Shown: positions 11,425-24,426 of the stretch, piece after piece
How the letters are laid out: each line of letters starts with the position of its first letter
Numbering within the stretch: position 1 is the stretch's first letter
Origin: Histomonas meleagridis 2922-C6/04-290x
Lineage: Eukaryota; Protista; Parabasalia
Direction of reading: 5' to 3'
NCBI GenBank assembly: GCA_020184695.1
Contig: JAANOX010000278.1
Coordinates: forward strand, 1-64,000
Length of the DNA: 64,000 nt
Program-made: the position numbers and the translations under genes
Notes under the pieces: generated by a model
What the model saw: only the letters and a program-made list of their open reading frames with translations
Told to the model about the DNA's origin: nothing
The model's database searches: none

Positions 11425-13884
11425 TTACTCGTATTTACCAAAAAGATTCTGTGCGCTTTCCTTTATGACCTCCAAGTATTGTCTTGCACACGACGACTTA
11501 ACAGTTATCCTAACGTTGGCCTGAGTTTCGACGATTTCACCAACGAAGATGATGTCAGACGATAGCGCGAACGATACATACAAAGAATTACCATTTTTAC
11601 CCTTGACGTAAACCTTTCTTTCGAATAACGTTTCTTTTGATGCAATTTGTAAACCGTTCAAATCGAAAGTAATTGAGTTGTAAAATTGACTGAAGTAATT
11701 ATTGAAATCATCCACGCCGATATCACCGTCATTTGTCAAAGCAATTTCAATTGGTAACCGACAAATGGCGAATATGTTTTCGATGTTAGTTCTTAATGCT
11801 AATTCAAACTTTGTCTTGTCGAAATTACCGGCTTTGGATTTGTCTACCTCTATTTCAGTTTCAATTTCGACACTTTCGCCAAATTCGAGTTTTTCAGGTA
11901 ATGAGATTTGATCTTTGAGGACAATGCCAAGTAAGTTATTATTAATTGCAATCGCAAAGTTCGATAATGTATTGTGTGACTTGTTAACAATCTTTAGGTT
12001 CATTTGATCCACATAGAAATCAATAAACATCGAGATGAGAGTATCATCAGAAACTTTTAAGGGCGTCCAATTCTTTAACCTTTCTTTAGACTTGTCATAT
12101 TCATCTATGTCCGGAATGTATTTAGCGCGATGGACAAATTCAGTTGGTAAAATGTGTAATACGCCTGCAACATTTCCAGTGTTTTCGATAAGTTCCGTAA
12201 GAACTTCCTCTTCAAACTTCGGTTTGATGTCTTGGTTCATATTTTTCTCAAATATTATAATTTGTTTTGCAACTTCATTATCTGATGACAATAACCGCCA
12301 ATATAATAAAGCGCGATTACGGACATCAGGGATAGACGTCTCTTTGGTGGCTTCGTTTAGGACAAATTGAAGTTGATCTTTGGTTTCTTCAGGTTTAATG
12401 AGATATATCTTCGCAAGTGATGTAAGCATCTGAAGTTGGACAAGTGGTTCCGAGTCATGAAAGCTATCAAGGAATGGGTCAATAAGAAGATCAACGTTTT
12501 CGATTATATTTGAATATTCACCAAGCAACCAAATTGCTGAAGCTTTTGCTTCTGGAAGACTTATCTTATCAAGTGAAGAACAAATAGTTGACAGAACTGA
12601 CTCAAAACTACCAGGATGTCTACGAAGAATATCGCAGAAAACTATGATCGATTCTTCGATTGCATAACTAGCCTTACTAGTGATACAAGAGCACAAAATA
12701 TCAACACAACGTGATGTAGCAACAGGTAGTTTGATAGCTATTTGGCCTATGCATCGAATTGTTTTGCGAACGAACGATACATCAACGGAGTTAACGTACT
12801 CAGTGAATTCATCCAAAACCGCCTGAGCGGTTATCGGTTGGACGGTTGTGACGATGATGTCAAGTTTTTGCATCTTAATAAAAGACGGATCATTATACTT
12901 GCAGAAGAAAAAGCGAATGTGACGTGAGAGTGCCTTTGGATACTTAAGAACAAAGAGAGACATCGCTCGAAGAACTACATATTGAATCTCTGGGTCTGCT
13001 GACGAAATTAAAGATAAAAATGATGGTAAAATTTGTTCAAATATTGAAACGGGATCGCGTTTGTCATGATCCATATAGAGGAAAATACAGCGAAATGCTC
13101 CAATGATAACAGATGGATTACTACTTTTGAGATATGGTATAAGACGCTCGATTAAAGAATTGGCAATTTCGCTGCTTTCAGGGATATAACGAGATAGACA
13201 ATCGAATAGAACAGTTTGACACCATTCATTGGAACTGGAAATTGAGTGTATTAAAGGTTCAATTGATTTGGAATCAAATGTAAAAATTGGTGTTGTGCGC
13301 CTTTCGTTGATTTCATATATAGCTGCAGCTGTGTTAGAAACAACTAATGGATTGTCATCGTTAAGATGTGAAATTAAAGCTTTAAATAATTCAGAATTTT
13401 CAACTGTCTCTGGAATGATGTCATATAACTTAACAACGCCAAGAACAGCTGTCTTCCTGACGTATGGGTCTGGATCTTCGAGTGATTGCTTTAATGGAGA
13501 AACCATATATTCTGCAACACTTTCAACTCGTATTCGGCACATACTACGGACAGCAAGTGCCCTAACAAGTGGGTTGGGATCCTGAGCGTCAAGAATAAAG
13601 GTGTTAACAGTCAAAATTGATTGTTCAGGTTCGAAGAGTGAATAATGAACAAGGTATAAATAAATTAATCTTTTGAGTTCCATGTCAGATGTTTTGACAC
13701 ATTGAAGAATTGATGAAAAGAAAACTTGTACATTTTCTCCTGCTCGCATAAGATTAATTACTTTTTTGATGGCAATTTTTCTTTCTTCTGGCGACCCAGA
13801 ATCAATGTAGTTTCTGAGTGTTCTTACGTCGTTTGGCATATCGCGTACAAAGAATTGGTTAATTTTGGAAAGCGCTTCGTGCAT
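11425..13884 (-). CDS. AP-1/AP-2 complex beta subunit (beta-adaptin)
   Basis: ELKRLIYLYL, DPNPLVRALAVRSM, DPDPYVRKTA, KYNDPSFIKMQKLD, DVRNRALLYWRLL; appendage region. Confidence 0.95.
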   Translation of the reverse strand: MHEALSKINQFFVRDMPNDVRTLRNYIDSGSPEERKIAIKKVINLMRAGENVQVFFSSILQCVKTSDMELKRLIYLYLVHYSLFEPEQSILTVNTFILDAQDPNPLVRALAVRSMCRIRVESVAEYMVSPLKQSLEDPDPYVRKTAVLGVVKLYDIIPETVENSELFKALISHLNDDNPLVVSNTAAAIYEINERRTTPIFTFDSKSIEPLIHSISSSNEWCQTVLFDCLSRYIPESSEIANSLIERLIPYLKSSNPSVIIGAFRCIFLYMDHDKRDPVSIFEQILPSFLSLISSADPEIQYVVLRAMSLFVLKYPKALSRHIRFFFCKYNDPSFIKMQKLDIIVTTVQPITAQAVLDEFTEYVNSVDVSFVRKTIRCIGQIAIKLPVATSRCVDILCSCITSKASYAIEESIIVFCDILRRHPGSFESVLSTICSSLDKISLPEAKASAIWLLGEYSNIIENVDLLIDPFLDSFHDSEPLVQLQMLTSLAKIYLIKPEETKDQLQFVLNEATKETSIPDVRNRALLYWRLLSSDNEVAKQIIIFEKNMNQDIKPKFEEEVLTELIENTGNVAGVLHILPTEFVHRAKYIPDIDEYDKSKERLKNWTPLKVSDDTLISMFIDFYVDQMNLKIVNKSHNTLSNFAIAINNNLLGIVLKDQISLPEKLEFGESVEIETEIEVDKSKAGNFDKTKFELALRTNIENIFAICRLPIEIALTNDGDIGVDDFNNYFSQFYNSITFDLNGLQIASKETLFERKVYVKGKNGNSLYVSFALSSDIIFVGEIVETQANVRITVKSSCARQYLEVIKESAQNLFGKYE

Positions 13885-15380
13885 TTTGTTCCTTTTGGGC
13901 GACGATCAAATGACACTTTTTGATAATAATGTGTTATAATTTTCATCGACATTACATCATTAAGCATATTTCTGAAAATAAATATGAATATTTGCATTAG
14001 GATATAAAATATGAGATAGTACCATTTGAATATAGATAATCCAATATTTTAAATAGAAACATTTTCTTCAAAATGGATATCAATAGGGAGTGAACACAAT
14101 GAAATATATTTTTGCTAGCGTGTAATTTCATTCTTCTATCATAATTTATTTTAACAACACATTTTTATTTTTCCGGAAAAGAAACATTTCAGATGCATGA
14201 AATTATCTTATAAAATTTACATAATACTCATACACATAGAACTTATTCTTCATTGCTGTTTTTCCAAATTTTTTTTTAATGTTATTGATTATATATTTTT
14301 ATCAAAAGAATTACACAAAAAGCATTATTTTTAACTTATTTTTGTGCATTCAAATCAAAATGATACATTACATATTTTTTTATATTCGTATCAATTGACG
14401 TAATAAAGTTTGTATCTCCATAAGTTATTACATGAACATTGAGCAAATTGATTCTTACCAAGTTGAGACCGTTTAAAACCCGGTGTACCCCAATTTTTTC
14501 GAACATATAACGTATTCTGGCGGTTTTGTGCTTTATTGGAGAAATGTGAATAAACCATTGAGTTGGAACAGTTAACAAATGAAAAACAAGAGAAGCACCT
14601 ACAAAATCTAGTATTAATTCAAAAAATTTGGTTTAACATTTGCATTTGACTAGTAAGCAATATTTTTTTCAAATATATACTTCATACAAATTTTTGTTCA
14701 TTAACAAGATTTAAAAACTAACATATTTAAATTTTTATTATCAAATTAAATCATAACGATTAAATCGCTTAAAAAAATTAAATGACTCTTTATTAAGGAA
14801 TGGGACGAACCAGATATAAATCCACTTTTTAAACTAAAATATCATAGGAACGAATAATTTATATGCTTTCTTTGCTTATAAGGTGTGTAATGGTTTTTTG
14901 TTTTTAACTTTCATTTTCTTTTATAATTTGAATATATTAATGCAATTCTTCTAATCTAACACTTAGAATAAGAACTAATATCATAAAATCATATTATATA
15001 AAATTTTATTTAACAAAGATAAATAATTGTTATAGTATAATATCTCCTAAAAGTGTGTAAATTTTGGAGGTAATTCTTTAATTGTAATAATAGTTATTAT
15101 TAAAAGCATTTGAAAATTTTTCCTTATCTCCATCTTTGTTTTCGTTTTAATAATTTAAAGAACATCTTTAAGATATTTTTGGTAAACACTTTCTGATTTT
15201 GCTGATTCAATTTTGTGTCAACAAGAGATAAAAGCTATTTATAATTGGTATAAAGTTCTTTTGATGATCTAAGATTCCGTATTTCAGTATATATCATAGA
15301 ACTCTTTATCTTCTTTTGATGAAATTTTGATATCTTCTTTCTATAAATTCGATTTTATTAATGAAATATTATAATGAATA

Positions 15381-17123
15381 CAGTTATGTATAAAAAGTGG
15401 TAACGGCAAAAAAATATGGTAACGACGGTTATTCCGTTAAATGTGAAAATTAAATGAAAAAACAAAAATTTCTCAAAATATATGTAATAATTTCTTTGTT
15501 AACCAACTTAAAAATATTTTATATTATATTTTTTATATTAATTTAGATTTTTGAATCATTTTTTTTTATCACATTATTTGTTAAATTAAAAATAAAAAAA
15601 TTAATTAATTGATGATTTATTTTTCACCATCGATTGTTTTCCGAAATTTTTCAGAAAAAAATTGTTTGTTTATCCATCCCCATCTTTGTGCAATTTATCT
15701 ACAAGACATGGATTCTTCTGAGTAGTTATAATTACAGATTTCTTTAAATTCATCATAATTTTCAACTTTTTGACGATTTAATTTTAAATAATCCACACCA
15801 TTTTTCATATGATATTCAAATCCAGTATGCTTAAATGAAGCATGGATATATGTTGAACATGTGCTTAATTCATAAGTTCTAAACATCATATATATATGCT
15901 GAAGTTTTGGATGAATATCATCATTATTTGGAATATATTTTTTGTAATTTTTTAAAATACCAAAAAGTAAACGATCTAAAACTTGAAATAAATGAGAAGT
16001 ATGAGGGGGATAAGTAATAACTAAAATCATAAGTTTCGCTAATTTTTCTAATAATTTTTCATCAAGATGACATAATCAATTATCAAAAAAGAGAATCGCC
16101 GGTTTTTCTGAACAATCAGGTCCATTTCGATCAGATTTAATATGCGGAACATATTTTTGTAGAAATAAAGCCAGTAAATATTTCTTTTGTAACATAAGAT
16201 GATGCTTCAACCCTTATACTTAGATCAACATCCCTTCTTATTGGTATATTAAATATTTCTTCTTAATTTGGATCAGATGTATTTATTAGATAGAAATAAG
16301 CATCGCCACCACCATTTATTGTGACAACAAGGGTTAAATGTCTTATTCTCCTATTTACTGGATAATGAAGACTTCTATTTTCATATTCCTTTGGGACTAC
16401 AACCATTTTCGGTTTTCTATCTTCCCAATCTGATAAACCCACCTCATCGATATTATAGATTAATTCTGCGAGGGTAATTTCTATAACTTTTTCGATGAGG
16501 TCAAGGTACTCTATCAAGTACTTACGCGGAACTTTTAACCTTGTGTCTTCTTGTGGTTGAATAATGGTTAAACTAATTTCAGTAGAATGACGATCAAAAA
16601 AACTATCTAACCAGCCCCTCGTTAGACGTACATTATATTTTTCTTCTACAAATCAAAGTACCTCCGAAAGGGTCATGTATTCATAAGAATTTCTTCTTGA
16701 TAAAATTTCTTGAATAACAATTTTCTCCTCTTCTTCGGATAAACTTAACGGTCTCCCAATTTCTTTTCTTTTTTTGTTCGCTTTGCATAGAATTTTCCGA
16801 ACATTCCCTTCGGTAATATTAAAGATCTTTGCCATTAGTTTAGCATTCGCTGTAATAAAACAATTTGTTTTTAAGAATTGACGAATAAAAAGTAATTGTT
16901 CATTTCGAGAAGAACTAGTTATAAAACCATCATTTCTTGTAATTGCCCGAACATCAATTGGGCGAATGATTGTCCCAATGCATCTCTCACAAAATTCTTC
17001 TTTTGATAAAGGAGGAGCTTTCGGCGGCATGAAAAAAATTAAAAATAAATAAAAAAAAAATTTAAACGTACACCTATCGGCGTTACCATGTTTTATACCG
17101 TTACCACTTTTTATACATGACTG
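15381..17123 (-). mobile_element. Full-length inactivated pogo/Fot1-like (DDE_1) DNA transposon
   Basis: 26-bp TIRs CAGTYATGTATAAAAAGTGGTAACGG (15381-15406 and 17098-17123, 1 mismatch) with TA on both sides. Transposase motifs YNIDEVG, ILFFDN, PPHTSHLFQVLD. Lesions: TGA 16653, TAA 16263, a frameshift near 16170 and TGA 16076. Confidence 0.92.
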
Positions 17124-17541
17124 TAAGAGAATCTAATTATTCATCTTAACCCATCTTTTGAAACAATAGTTTTACAATATTTTCAATCTTTATATTACTG
17201 CTTTCAATTGTTTTCATTTTATGATTAACAAAAAGCAATATTTATATCTAAACCATGAAATTTCTTTTTCTTTGGATATAAACTAGTTCCCTCAATATCT
17301 TAACAATATCCAAAATGCAATTGAAAACATATGTCCCAAATTATAAACGATGTATAGACATCCAATTGTGCTCTTCTTTCCTCTAATGTGGTGTTTAAAC
17401 ACTTCGTTTCTTGTGGTTATTTCAGCGAAGTTTTTGTGCATTTGCATTTGAACTAAAATTTTTGATCTCACCGAAAGTACCAATTCTTTAAAATATAAAA
17501 ATATTTTTAAATGATCAAACTACAAACAATTTTTATTTATA

Positions 17542-18360
17542 TCATCCAATAGTTCGCGGATTGCCTTGAAACGGGTTATGTCTGCGTTCTGTTGTTGCAT
17601 TTCTTTGTGGCCCAGGGTTGTATTGGAATCTTTGGAAATTATTTTCTGCATAATTTACGCCGGGCGGAGTTATGTCTTCGTCTTCTCCATCATTGTCAGA
17701 CATAAATGGAATCAATTTCTTCAGGGAAAAACTTTGGAAACCTCTTCGATTTCCATTCTTTTTGATGAAGCGAATGTATATATATGATAGAATCGTTCCA
17801 AATAATGTCGAAACAAATTCATCAAAAGTGGTAAAAATGGAAAAAATTAAAGAAATGATTAGTATTGTAAATGGAAACATTCGAATATAGATTGGGCCAC
17901 ACATGGAAGGTATTCGCACTGGGAAAAGTTGGTGAGCAAGAGTCATTGATATTGCAGATTGACACGCTGATCCTGTAAGAATTGGTCGATTTAATAATTC
18001 AGAATTTTTGGTAATCAAATAGATAATTAAAACAAAAATTACAATTAAAATATTTGTATAAAATCCGGTCATAATAAATACTCGTAAAAATTCTTTTGAG
18101 CCTGTGATTGGCTCAATTATTTTTCCAAGCATTAATATCAAAATTCCATCTATAACTCCTTTTAAAAGCGTATCATAATAAAACATTCCAGTGAATAATA
18201 TCCAAAGCTTCGGAAAAGGAAAACTAAAAGATTGAATAACTAAACAAAAATATGGTCTAAAATTTGGAAGATAACCTAGAAAAGATATGATTCCCATTGC
18301 TATGCAAATGCCAATTGATAAATTTGTAACTTTCGGAGGAAGGAGGGTGTTTGGCTGCAT
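17542..18360 (-). CDS. TMEM115/DUF1751 rhomboid-like pseudoprotease
   Basis: Multi-TM protein with KLWILFT and EPITGSKEFLRVF. C-terminal NPFQGNPRTIG resembles an SHP (p97-binding) box. Confidence 0.7.
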   Translation of the reverse strand: MQPNTLLPPKVTNLSIGICIAMGIISFLGYLPNFRPYFCLVIQSFSFPFPKLWILFTGMFYYDTLLKGVIDGILILMLGKIIEPITGSKEFLRVFIMTGFYTNILIVIFVLIIYLITKNSELLNRPILTGSACQSAISMTLAHQLFPVRIPSMCGPIYIRMFPFTILIISLIFSIFTTFDEFVSTLFGTILSYIYIRFIKKNGNRRGFQSFSLKKLIPFMSDNDGEDEDITPPGVNYAENNFQRFQYNPGPQRNATTERRHNPFQGNPRTIG

Positions 18361-18559
18361 AAATTTTTTGAATAAAATTCTCTTTTAATTTTTTGAGGCA
18401 CAAAATGCCACTTAAAGTTCTTCTATTAAAAACGCACAACAAAATTAATAAAACATATTCTAAATAATTAAAATGAATAGCTTTAGCATTAACATCAATT
18501 CCTTTTTTCTCAAAATTTTCTAACTGCTATATAAAGTGCTGTTTAAAATTAAAACATAT

Positions 18560-19660
18560 TTCAAATTGTTCTGGGGGCAAATGTTGAACCATCCTATGCT
18601 AATGGGGGGAGGTTGTGTGGTCTGGATTAGACAGATATCAAAGATCTAGAAATATATTATAGGCTTTATAAACAAGATTATTGTTTTGATGAATCTGATT
18701 GGAAACAAATTTCTACATATAAAAAAGGTGAAAAAGTAATAGTATTAAATATTTATCCAAGTCATATAACGGGCAGACTGTTATAAACAGAGGTATTTTT
18801 CATATAAAGTATATTTAAAGTTTGCTAATGTCACCTACACTTAAAGTTTGGATGGAAGGAGGAACAATTATAGAAGACGGAAGAGAAAATAATTTTACTG
18901 CATATGGAGTGGATCACGAAACTGGTGGTCAACAAACATATTTAGATATAATGTCAAACAATGACTTTGGGCAAAATGTAGCAATAGATCCAAATTTTAT
19001 ATATAATTATGATGTTATATTCTTTGGAATATGGGAATGATGTTCTGAATATTCACTCAAAACAAGAACAGCCTCCAAAAATATTCGTGAGTATATTGAA
19101 AGAGGTTATGGATTTATAGCTGGACATGATATTATATATATTTTTTCATCTCGAAATCATAGTGAAGCAACAAGTTTACTTGCTATCAGAGATCTATTTG
19201 GAATAAATTCTCGTTATGTTGATGATGATATACAAATTAATGGGATAACAGTTCATCCTAATTATTCATCTATCTCTTCTGATAAGATATCCATGCAGCC
19301 AAAAGGTTTATTAACGAGATATCCATTTGAGATTGGCGATACTGGAACAGAGTCAAATATTTAAGAAACGCATACGTTTTATTATTCTTATTCAAATGAA
19401 ATAACTCCTTAAGATAATAATACTAAATTGATAATTATTATAACTGTTTGTATTGTAGTTTTAATTATTATAATAATTTTGTTTGCTTTGTTGTTAAAAA
19501 GAATTCAAAAATATAAAACTAATGATAAAGAAACAAAAAGCAGTGAAGAAAGTGATCAAGAAAACAAATATATCTGCAACAGGATTTTATATTTCTCATA
19601 TTGATGAAGATCCATTTGCAGAAGATTTTAAAGAAAAAGAATTCATATACAAATATAATA
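18560..19660 (+). pseudogene. Surface protein pseudogene: GATase-like ectodomain plus type A TM/DPF tail
   Basis: VLNIYP, LKVWMEGG, YDVIFFGIW, GYGFIAGHD. In-frame stops at 19038, 19362 and 19410, plus frameshifts. TM at about 19425-19497; tail DEDPFAEDFKE. Paralogous to 59458-61475. Confidence 0.75.
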
Positions 19661-20149
19661 TAATGAATTTATATAAGCACATAAAGAAAAAGTTGTCTCG
19701 TAATAGAAACATTTTAGCATGTTAGTAAATTCAATTTGTAAATATTCCTAATATGTTAAACAAAACTTAATTTTGATTTTCATTTTAATATCTCCGAGCA
19801 CAGAAGTATAAAAACTATTTTTTTTATTTATTGTTGCTTAATTAATTTTTGTTTTCATTTCATGGCAAAAAATATATACTTACTAAAGTGGTTGCGAAAA
19901 GGTTTCCCAACGATAGAATCAAATGAATGAAAAATCATCGGATTCATATTCAAAAACTGAAGTGTTTGGGAAACCTTCCCATTTTAATTGCTTGGAAATG
20001 ATTTACTTCTAAAGATTATTATTTAATCTATGACCTTAAACTATTCACTGTTTTCAGATGGAATATCATAAAAACATTCATAAAATTTTATGAATATCGG
20101 AGAAAAAAAAAACCAAAAAATAAAAATGTTTGCGCATAATTTTTAGTTA

Positions 20150-20436
20150 TCATGTTTTGTAAGAATTATCATCACTGTTTCTGTGATGAAGGGAATCAAA
20201 ACTTTCATCATCTGTTAAATTGCTTTTGGTGGCTTTATACAATTTGTACATCAAAAAAAGTAATGCAAAATCGCCAACAACACAATCAAATTCAATTCCG
20301 TTGTCATCAGACTGACCATAAGGTTCTTCTTCTGTTTGCAACATGGACTCGACTGGGTCTGAGATCGAAGGCATTTACTTTGTGAACTGAGTTCAACTGA
20401 TAATTTCAAAAAGTAGAATGAATTTATCTGAAACAA
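20150..20436 (-). pseudogene. C-terminal fragment of a degraded type I membrane protein
   Basis: Acidic stalk, frameshifted hydrophobic segment, basic stop-transfer and short tail. The upstream region is decayed. Confidence 0.35.
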
Positions 20437-21530
20437 AAACTTGTTTCAAACTATCAAAATAATGTCACACACTCTAAATTATAATTTTATTTTCTAAGTA
20501 TGAAAAACCAATAAATTAGTCGCATTTATTTTAAAAATACATTTTGTTAATTCAACTATTTCACTATATATTTTAGTTTTATTAATGAAGGCCTGTTCGG
20601 TTGTTCAATTTTCAACATTCAAATTTGAGATAATATTTCACCAAGAATAAAAAGTGAACTCACCTTTCTATCAACATTCACTCAAATTTAAATTGAAGGA
20701 GAATAAAGTATTGATCAATGTCAAATGATAACTGTTTCTTTGATATTTGAATGTTTTTATAAATCTAAAATATAACGGTTAGTTTAGTACGATGATTTTT
20801 TTTGTTTGGAAATTTCATAACAAACGGTTTATTTACGATGACTCTCAAATATCTTTTTTCTTTTTATGGCATCATGATGCAGTATCTAAAATTATTGTTT
20901 ATAATTTTATATTTTTATGAAATTTTATATTGATCAATACTATTTTTTCTTTATTTAAGATATTTTTTGGTTAGCTTATATTTCGTTTATATGATTAAAA
21001 AACACTCAAATCATTAACCTCTGATACTCGAGTTTGATATGTATTTCACTCGTATCATTAATACCCAAAACAAACCTTATAATTTTAGTATAATTAATGC
21101 TTCGATAGGAATAATTCAATACGAAACTTCAGAAGAAGGAATTTTTTAATTACAACCAATTGGTTTTGATTACAAATGCATTTTAAGAAGATTAATTAAA
21201 TAACATATTAGAATTTACTTTAATCAATTTTTAGTTTCTGTTATTTAAAGTCAATACGATATCTAAATAACGATTACAAATAATATTACTTTTAAGCTGA
21301 CAATTTCAGTGACATCATTATAAATCATATAAAACATGCACCAAACCCAACTTTTACCCATTTCATTGTACTAAATGCGTTTTAGCAAAGGATAGAAATC
21401 TATTTCAAGTTTCATTTAACAAATTTTTTTGACAATGCTGCAATGATACAGATTCTTTTTTTATTGTGAAATTTAAAAAAAAAAAAATTAAGATAAGAAA
21501 TTTTGTTTTATCGAGATCTGAAAAAAGATA

Positions 21531-22412
21531 TCAAAAAGTGTGTGTGCGACAAAGCTTCAAAGGTATCACAAGCGAAGCATAACCGCCATTTTCAAAGTGA
21601 ACTCTCACTTTCAAACCGGTTTTCATTGAAAAAGTGTTCGTTTCTATGTCGGGCAAAACAAAAACGCGAACCCACTCGAGGACAAAAGGTATCTCAACTC
21701 CATACGGAGGGTCACATTCAATGATTTGCATCCTGCAAACTTCATTTGAAAATGTTTGTGGATTTGATCGATCGAGAGAAATTATTTCATCTCGTGCATA
21801 AGAAACAGTACAACTTGTTACAGGACTCTCTGATTCAACAAAAACTATGCTTCCACGAGGAGGATGTGTTGATGAAGCAACTGGAGTCGGAAGATGAATT
21901 TTCGCTGTAAATTTTACTTTTGGTGTATTGTGACGGATATTTGTTTCGTTCATAACAATATCTACTGGCTCTCCTTTTGGTATATTTTCCGTTTTGTAGA
22001 CAATAAAGAAGGGTTTTTGAACAATTAAATCTTGTGAAAAAACACCTCTTTTGATAACAATTTCAACAAAGTAATCAACACTAATATATTCACCACGGAT
22101 GCTTTCGGTAAGGCCTTTACCTTTAGGTATTGTAAATTGAAAAGAAAAATTATATCCATTTTCTATTGCTTTTGGAAAATCATGTTTAATTGGTATTGTC
22201 AAAATAGTGTTATCATTATTGTGTTGGATTTGCGTGTCGAAAGAATAGTTATGTTTGTTAATATCAACAGTTCGAACACAATAAACATTAAATAAAATTT
22301 CTTTTGGTTTTATAACTTCATTTGTTCGAAATGTTCCTGTACAATTGATAGGCTCGTCTGGGAGATAAGTCAATGCAAGTCGATCGAATTTGAAGGAGAC
22401 AACTGATGGCAT
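21531..22412 (-). CDS. VPS26C: VPS26C/DSCR3 (retriever subunit) homolog
   Basis: Arrestin-fold Vps26 pattern ESIRGEYISVDY...IKRG, MQIIECD..., and C-terminal PLKLCR as in DSCR3. Confidence 0.75.
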   Translation of the reverse strand: MPSVVSFKFDRLALTYLPDEPINCTGTFRTNEVIKPKEILFNVYCVRTVDINKHNYSFDTQIQHNNDNTILTIPIKHDFPKAIENGYNFSFQFTIPKGKGLTESIRGEYISVDYFVEIVIKRGVFSQDLIVQKPFFIVYKTENIPKGEPVDIVMNETNIRHNTPKVKFTAKIHLPTPVASSTHPPRGSIVFVESESPVTSCTVSYARDEIISLDRSNPQTFSNEVCRMQIIECDPPYGVEIPFVLEWVRVFVLPDIETNTFSMKTGLKVRVHFENGGYASLVIPLKLCRTHTF

Positions 22413-22853
22413 ATGCAACTACTTAAAACCGTTGCACGATGGTTATGGCGGTTTAATTGAATATAAAACGATAGCTATAAGGCAAAAACAGAAGAATTAA
22501 GTCAAGAAATGACTTTAACTTGTATGCATGTTTTACATACTAAAAAAGTCAATTCAAACACAGTGTCTTAAAAATACAAAGGTAGTTAGTATAATTTTTA
22601 TTTTAGCAATGCTGAATTCAGTCCACTGTTGTGAAAGGAATGTAAAATCATTCAATTCTTTCTTTATCAAATAAAACAACCAATGCCATGTTTAGTTTAG
22701 AGTTATATAAGTTGGTGTTTTCATGTTCAAATACAGTCTTAATAAATAAATTAATAAACAAGTTTTGTCTGACGCTCTTTTTCTTGATTACCATATCAAA
22801 AATAAACGGTCAAACAAAAGTGCTAATCAAAATTTGACACTTTTATATAATAA

Positions 22854-23267
22854 ATGAGCCTTGATACAGCAACAATTAACTCAATCGTAGAAGCACAACT
22901 TGCAGCATCCAAAGGTCAAGAAAAAATTACCCTTGTGATTACTGGCCATCAAGATGATGCTGCTGAAAAAGCAACATTTTTCAATATCCAAGCAAAGAAA
23001 TACGATACATCAGGTGCTGTTGTTAAAACAGCTGAAGGGAGGTTCAGATACTCACAACTTTTCGATTTTAATGAACGACTTATTTTTTTCTATGGAAACA
23101 TTCGAATGCTCCGTGTATTCCCTCCAAAGAAATGGGTTGGTAACAAAGCGTTAGATTTTGTTACTCAAAGGCAAGAAGCTCTTCAGAAATGGTTAAATGA
23201 ATTAGTTGAAGATGAAGAAACATGTGCAGATCCAATTATTTTGAAGTTTTTCAATTTAATTGAATAA
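22854..23267 (+). CDS. PX-domain-only (sorting-nexin-like) protein
   Basis: FRYSQL, FPPKK and QRQEALQKWL PX motifs. Confidence 0.85.
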   Translation: MSLDTATINSIVEAQLAASKGQEKITLVITGHQDDAAEKATFFNIQAKKYDTSGAVVKTAEGRFRYSQLFDFNERLIFFYGNIRMLRVFPPKKWVGNKALDFVTQRQEALQKWLNELVEDEETCADPIILKFFNLIE

Positions 23268-23386
23268 ACAAGAATAACTGCATTTAAAAGCAATGTTATA
23301 ATTCATAAAATAATAACATTATTTGTATTTATTGTCATTTTAAATCCTTAATTCAACAACATTCAAATTGCGGCGGTTAATTGATT

Positions 23387-24108
23387 ATGTCTTCAGAAAA
23401 TTTCGCGGTTATTATTCAAAACCAAAAAATCGAAATGCACAAAAACGTAAAAAACTTTATACTTGCACAAATTCTAACTTAATCATAGTTTTTCTTGCTG
23501 TCACTTGTTTTGCAGGGGTGGTGTGGTCTATTGTTAATTGTGCTATTTGGTATAGTGATTCAGAAGGATTAGTTTTCCATGATTATGAAGATAATGATGA
23601 TGATGATGATGATCACGATGATGATACAAGTTTGGATTCATATTTATTCCCTTTACTGACTTTTTCATCACTTGAATTTTTATTTGGAATTTCAACATTA
23701 TTTATTCGTTTTAAATGTAAGTCAAAGTGCGCAACTAAAGTATTCTTTTGGCTTACCGTCATTGCTGCTATGGTGTCATTTATTTTACAAATTGTATCCA
23801 TTGGTAATGTTCCTATAAAGATTGCATCAAACATTACATCAAACGAAAAGACAAGAATACGATCACACTATCAATGGCTGTCTTAAACCACGTTCAAGGG
23901 CTGGGCTTTTGGTGCCATTCTTCTTCATAACACATTTGTTATTTATCATTTCATTTGCAATGGTTTTACTCAAGAAAAGAACCATTCGCCTCTAAATCAA
24001 ACGCCACTAAACCAAGAACAAACCGCATATATGAATGAAGAAAAGAATCAATACATTAGGTATACTGCTGGTGCAATGCCACAAAACTATTACAACCCAT
24101 ATTACTAA
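23387..24108 (+). pseudogene. Four-TM membrane protein gene with two lesions
   Basis: ATG 23387 (MSSENFAV). A 1-nt deletion near 23480 and an in-frame TAA at 23884-23886. The frame then continues to ...PQNYYNPYY TAA at 24106-24108. Confidence 0.7.
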
Positions 24109-24426
24109 ATATATGTATAAAAAAATATTTCATCTTTTTCATCAAACATTATTTTAAACCTATTCATTGATTTCAATTAAAGGTAATGATTAATTAATTA
24201 ATATCATATTTAGTGATTAAACTTTAATTTTCTAGGAAACTGTTTCTATCAACATTAAGCACAAATTTATTTTCTAGTATTCATTAAAGATAAGTTTTAA
24301 ATGATAAAAATAAACAAAAATCTCATTTACAATTTATTGTATAACTCCACAATAGGCAGGGGATAGTGTCAATTTAATACAACTAATGAAATATCAAAAA
24401 TTAAAGAAATAAAAATTAATTACAAT

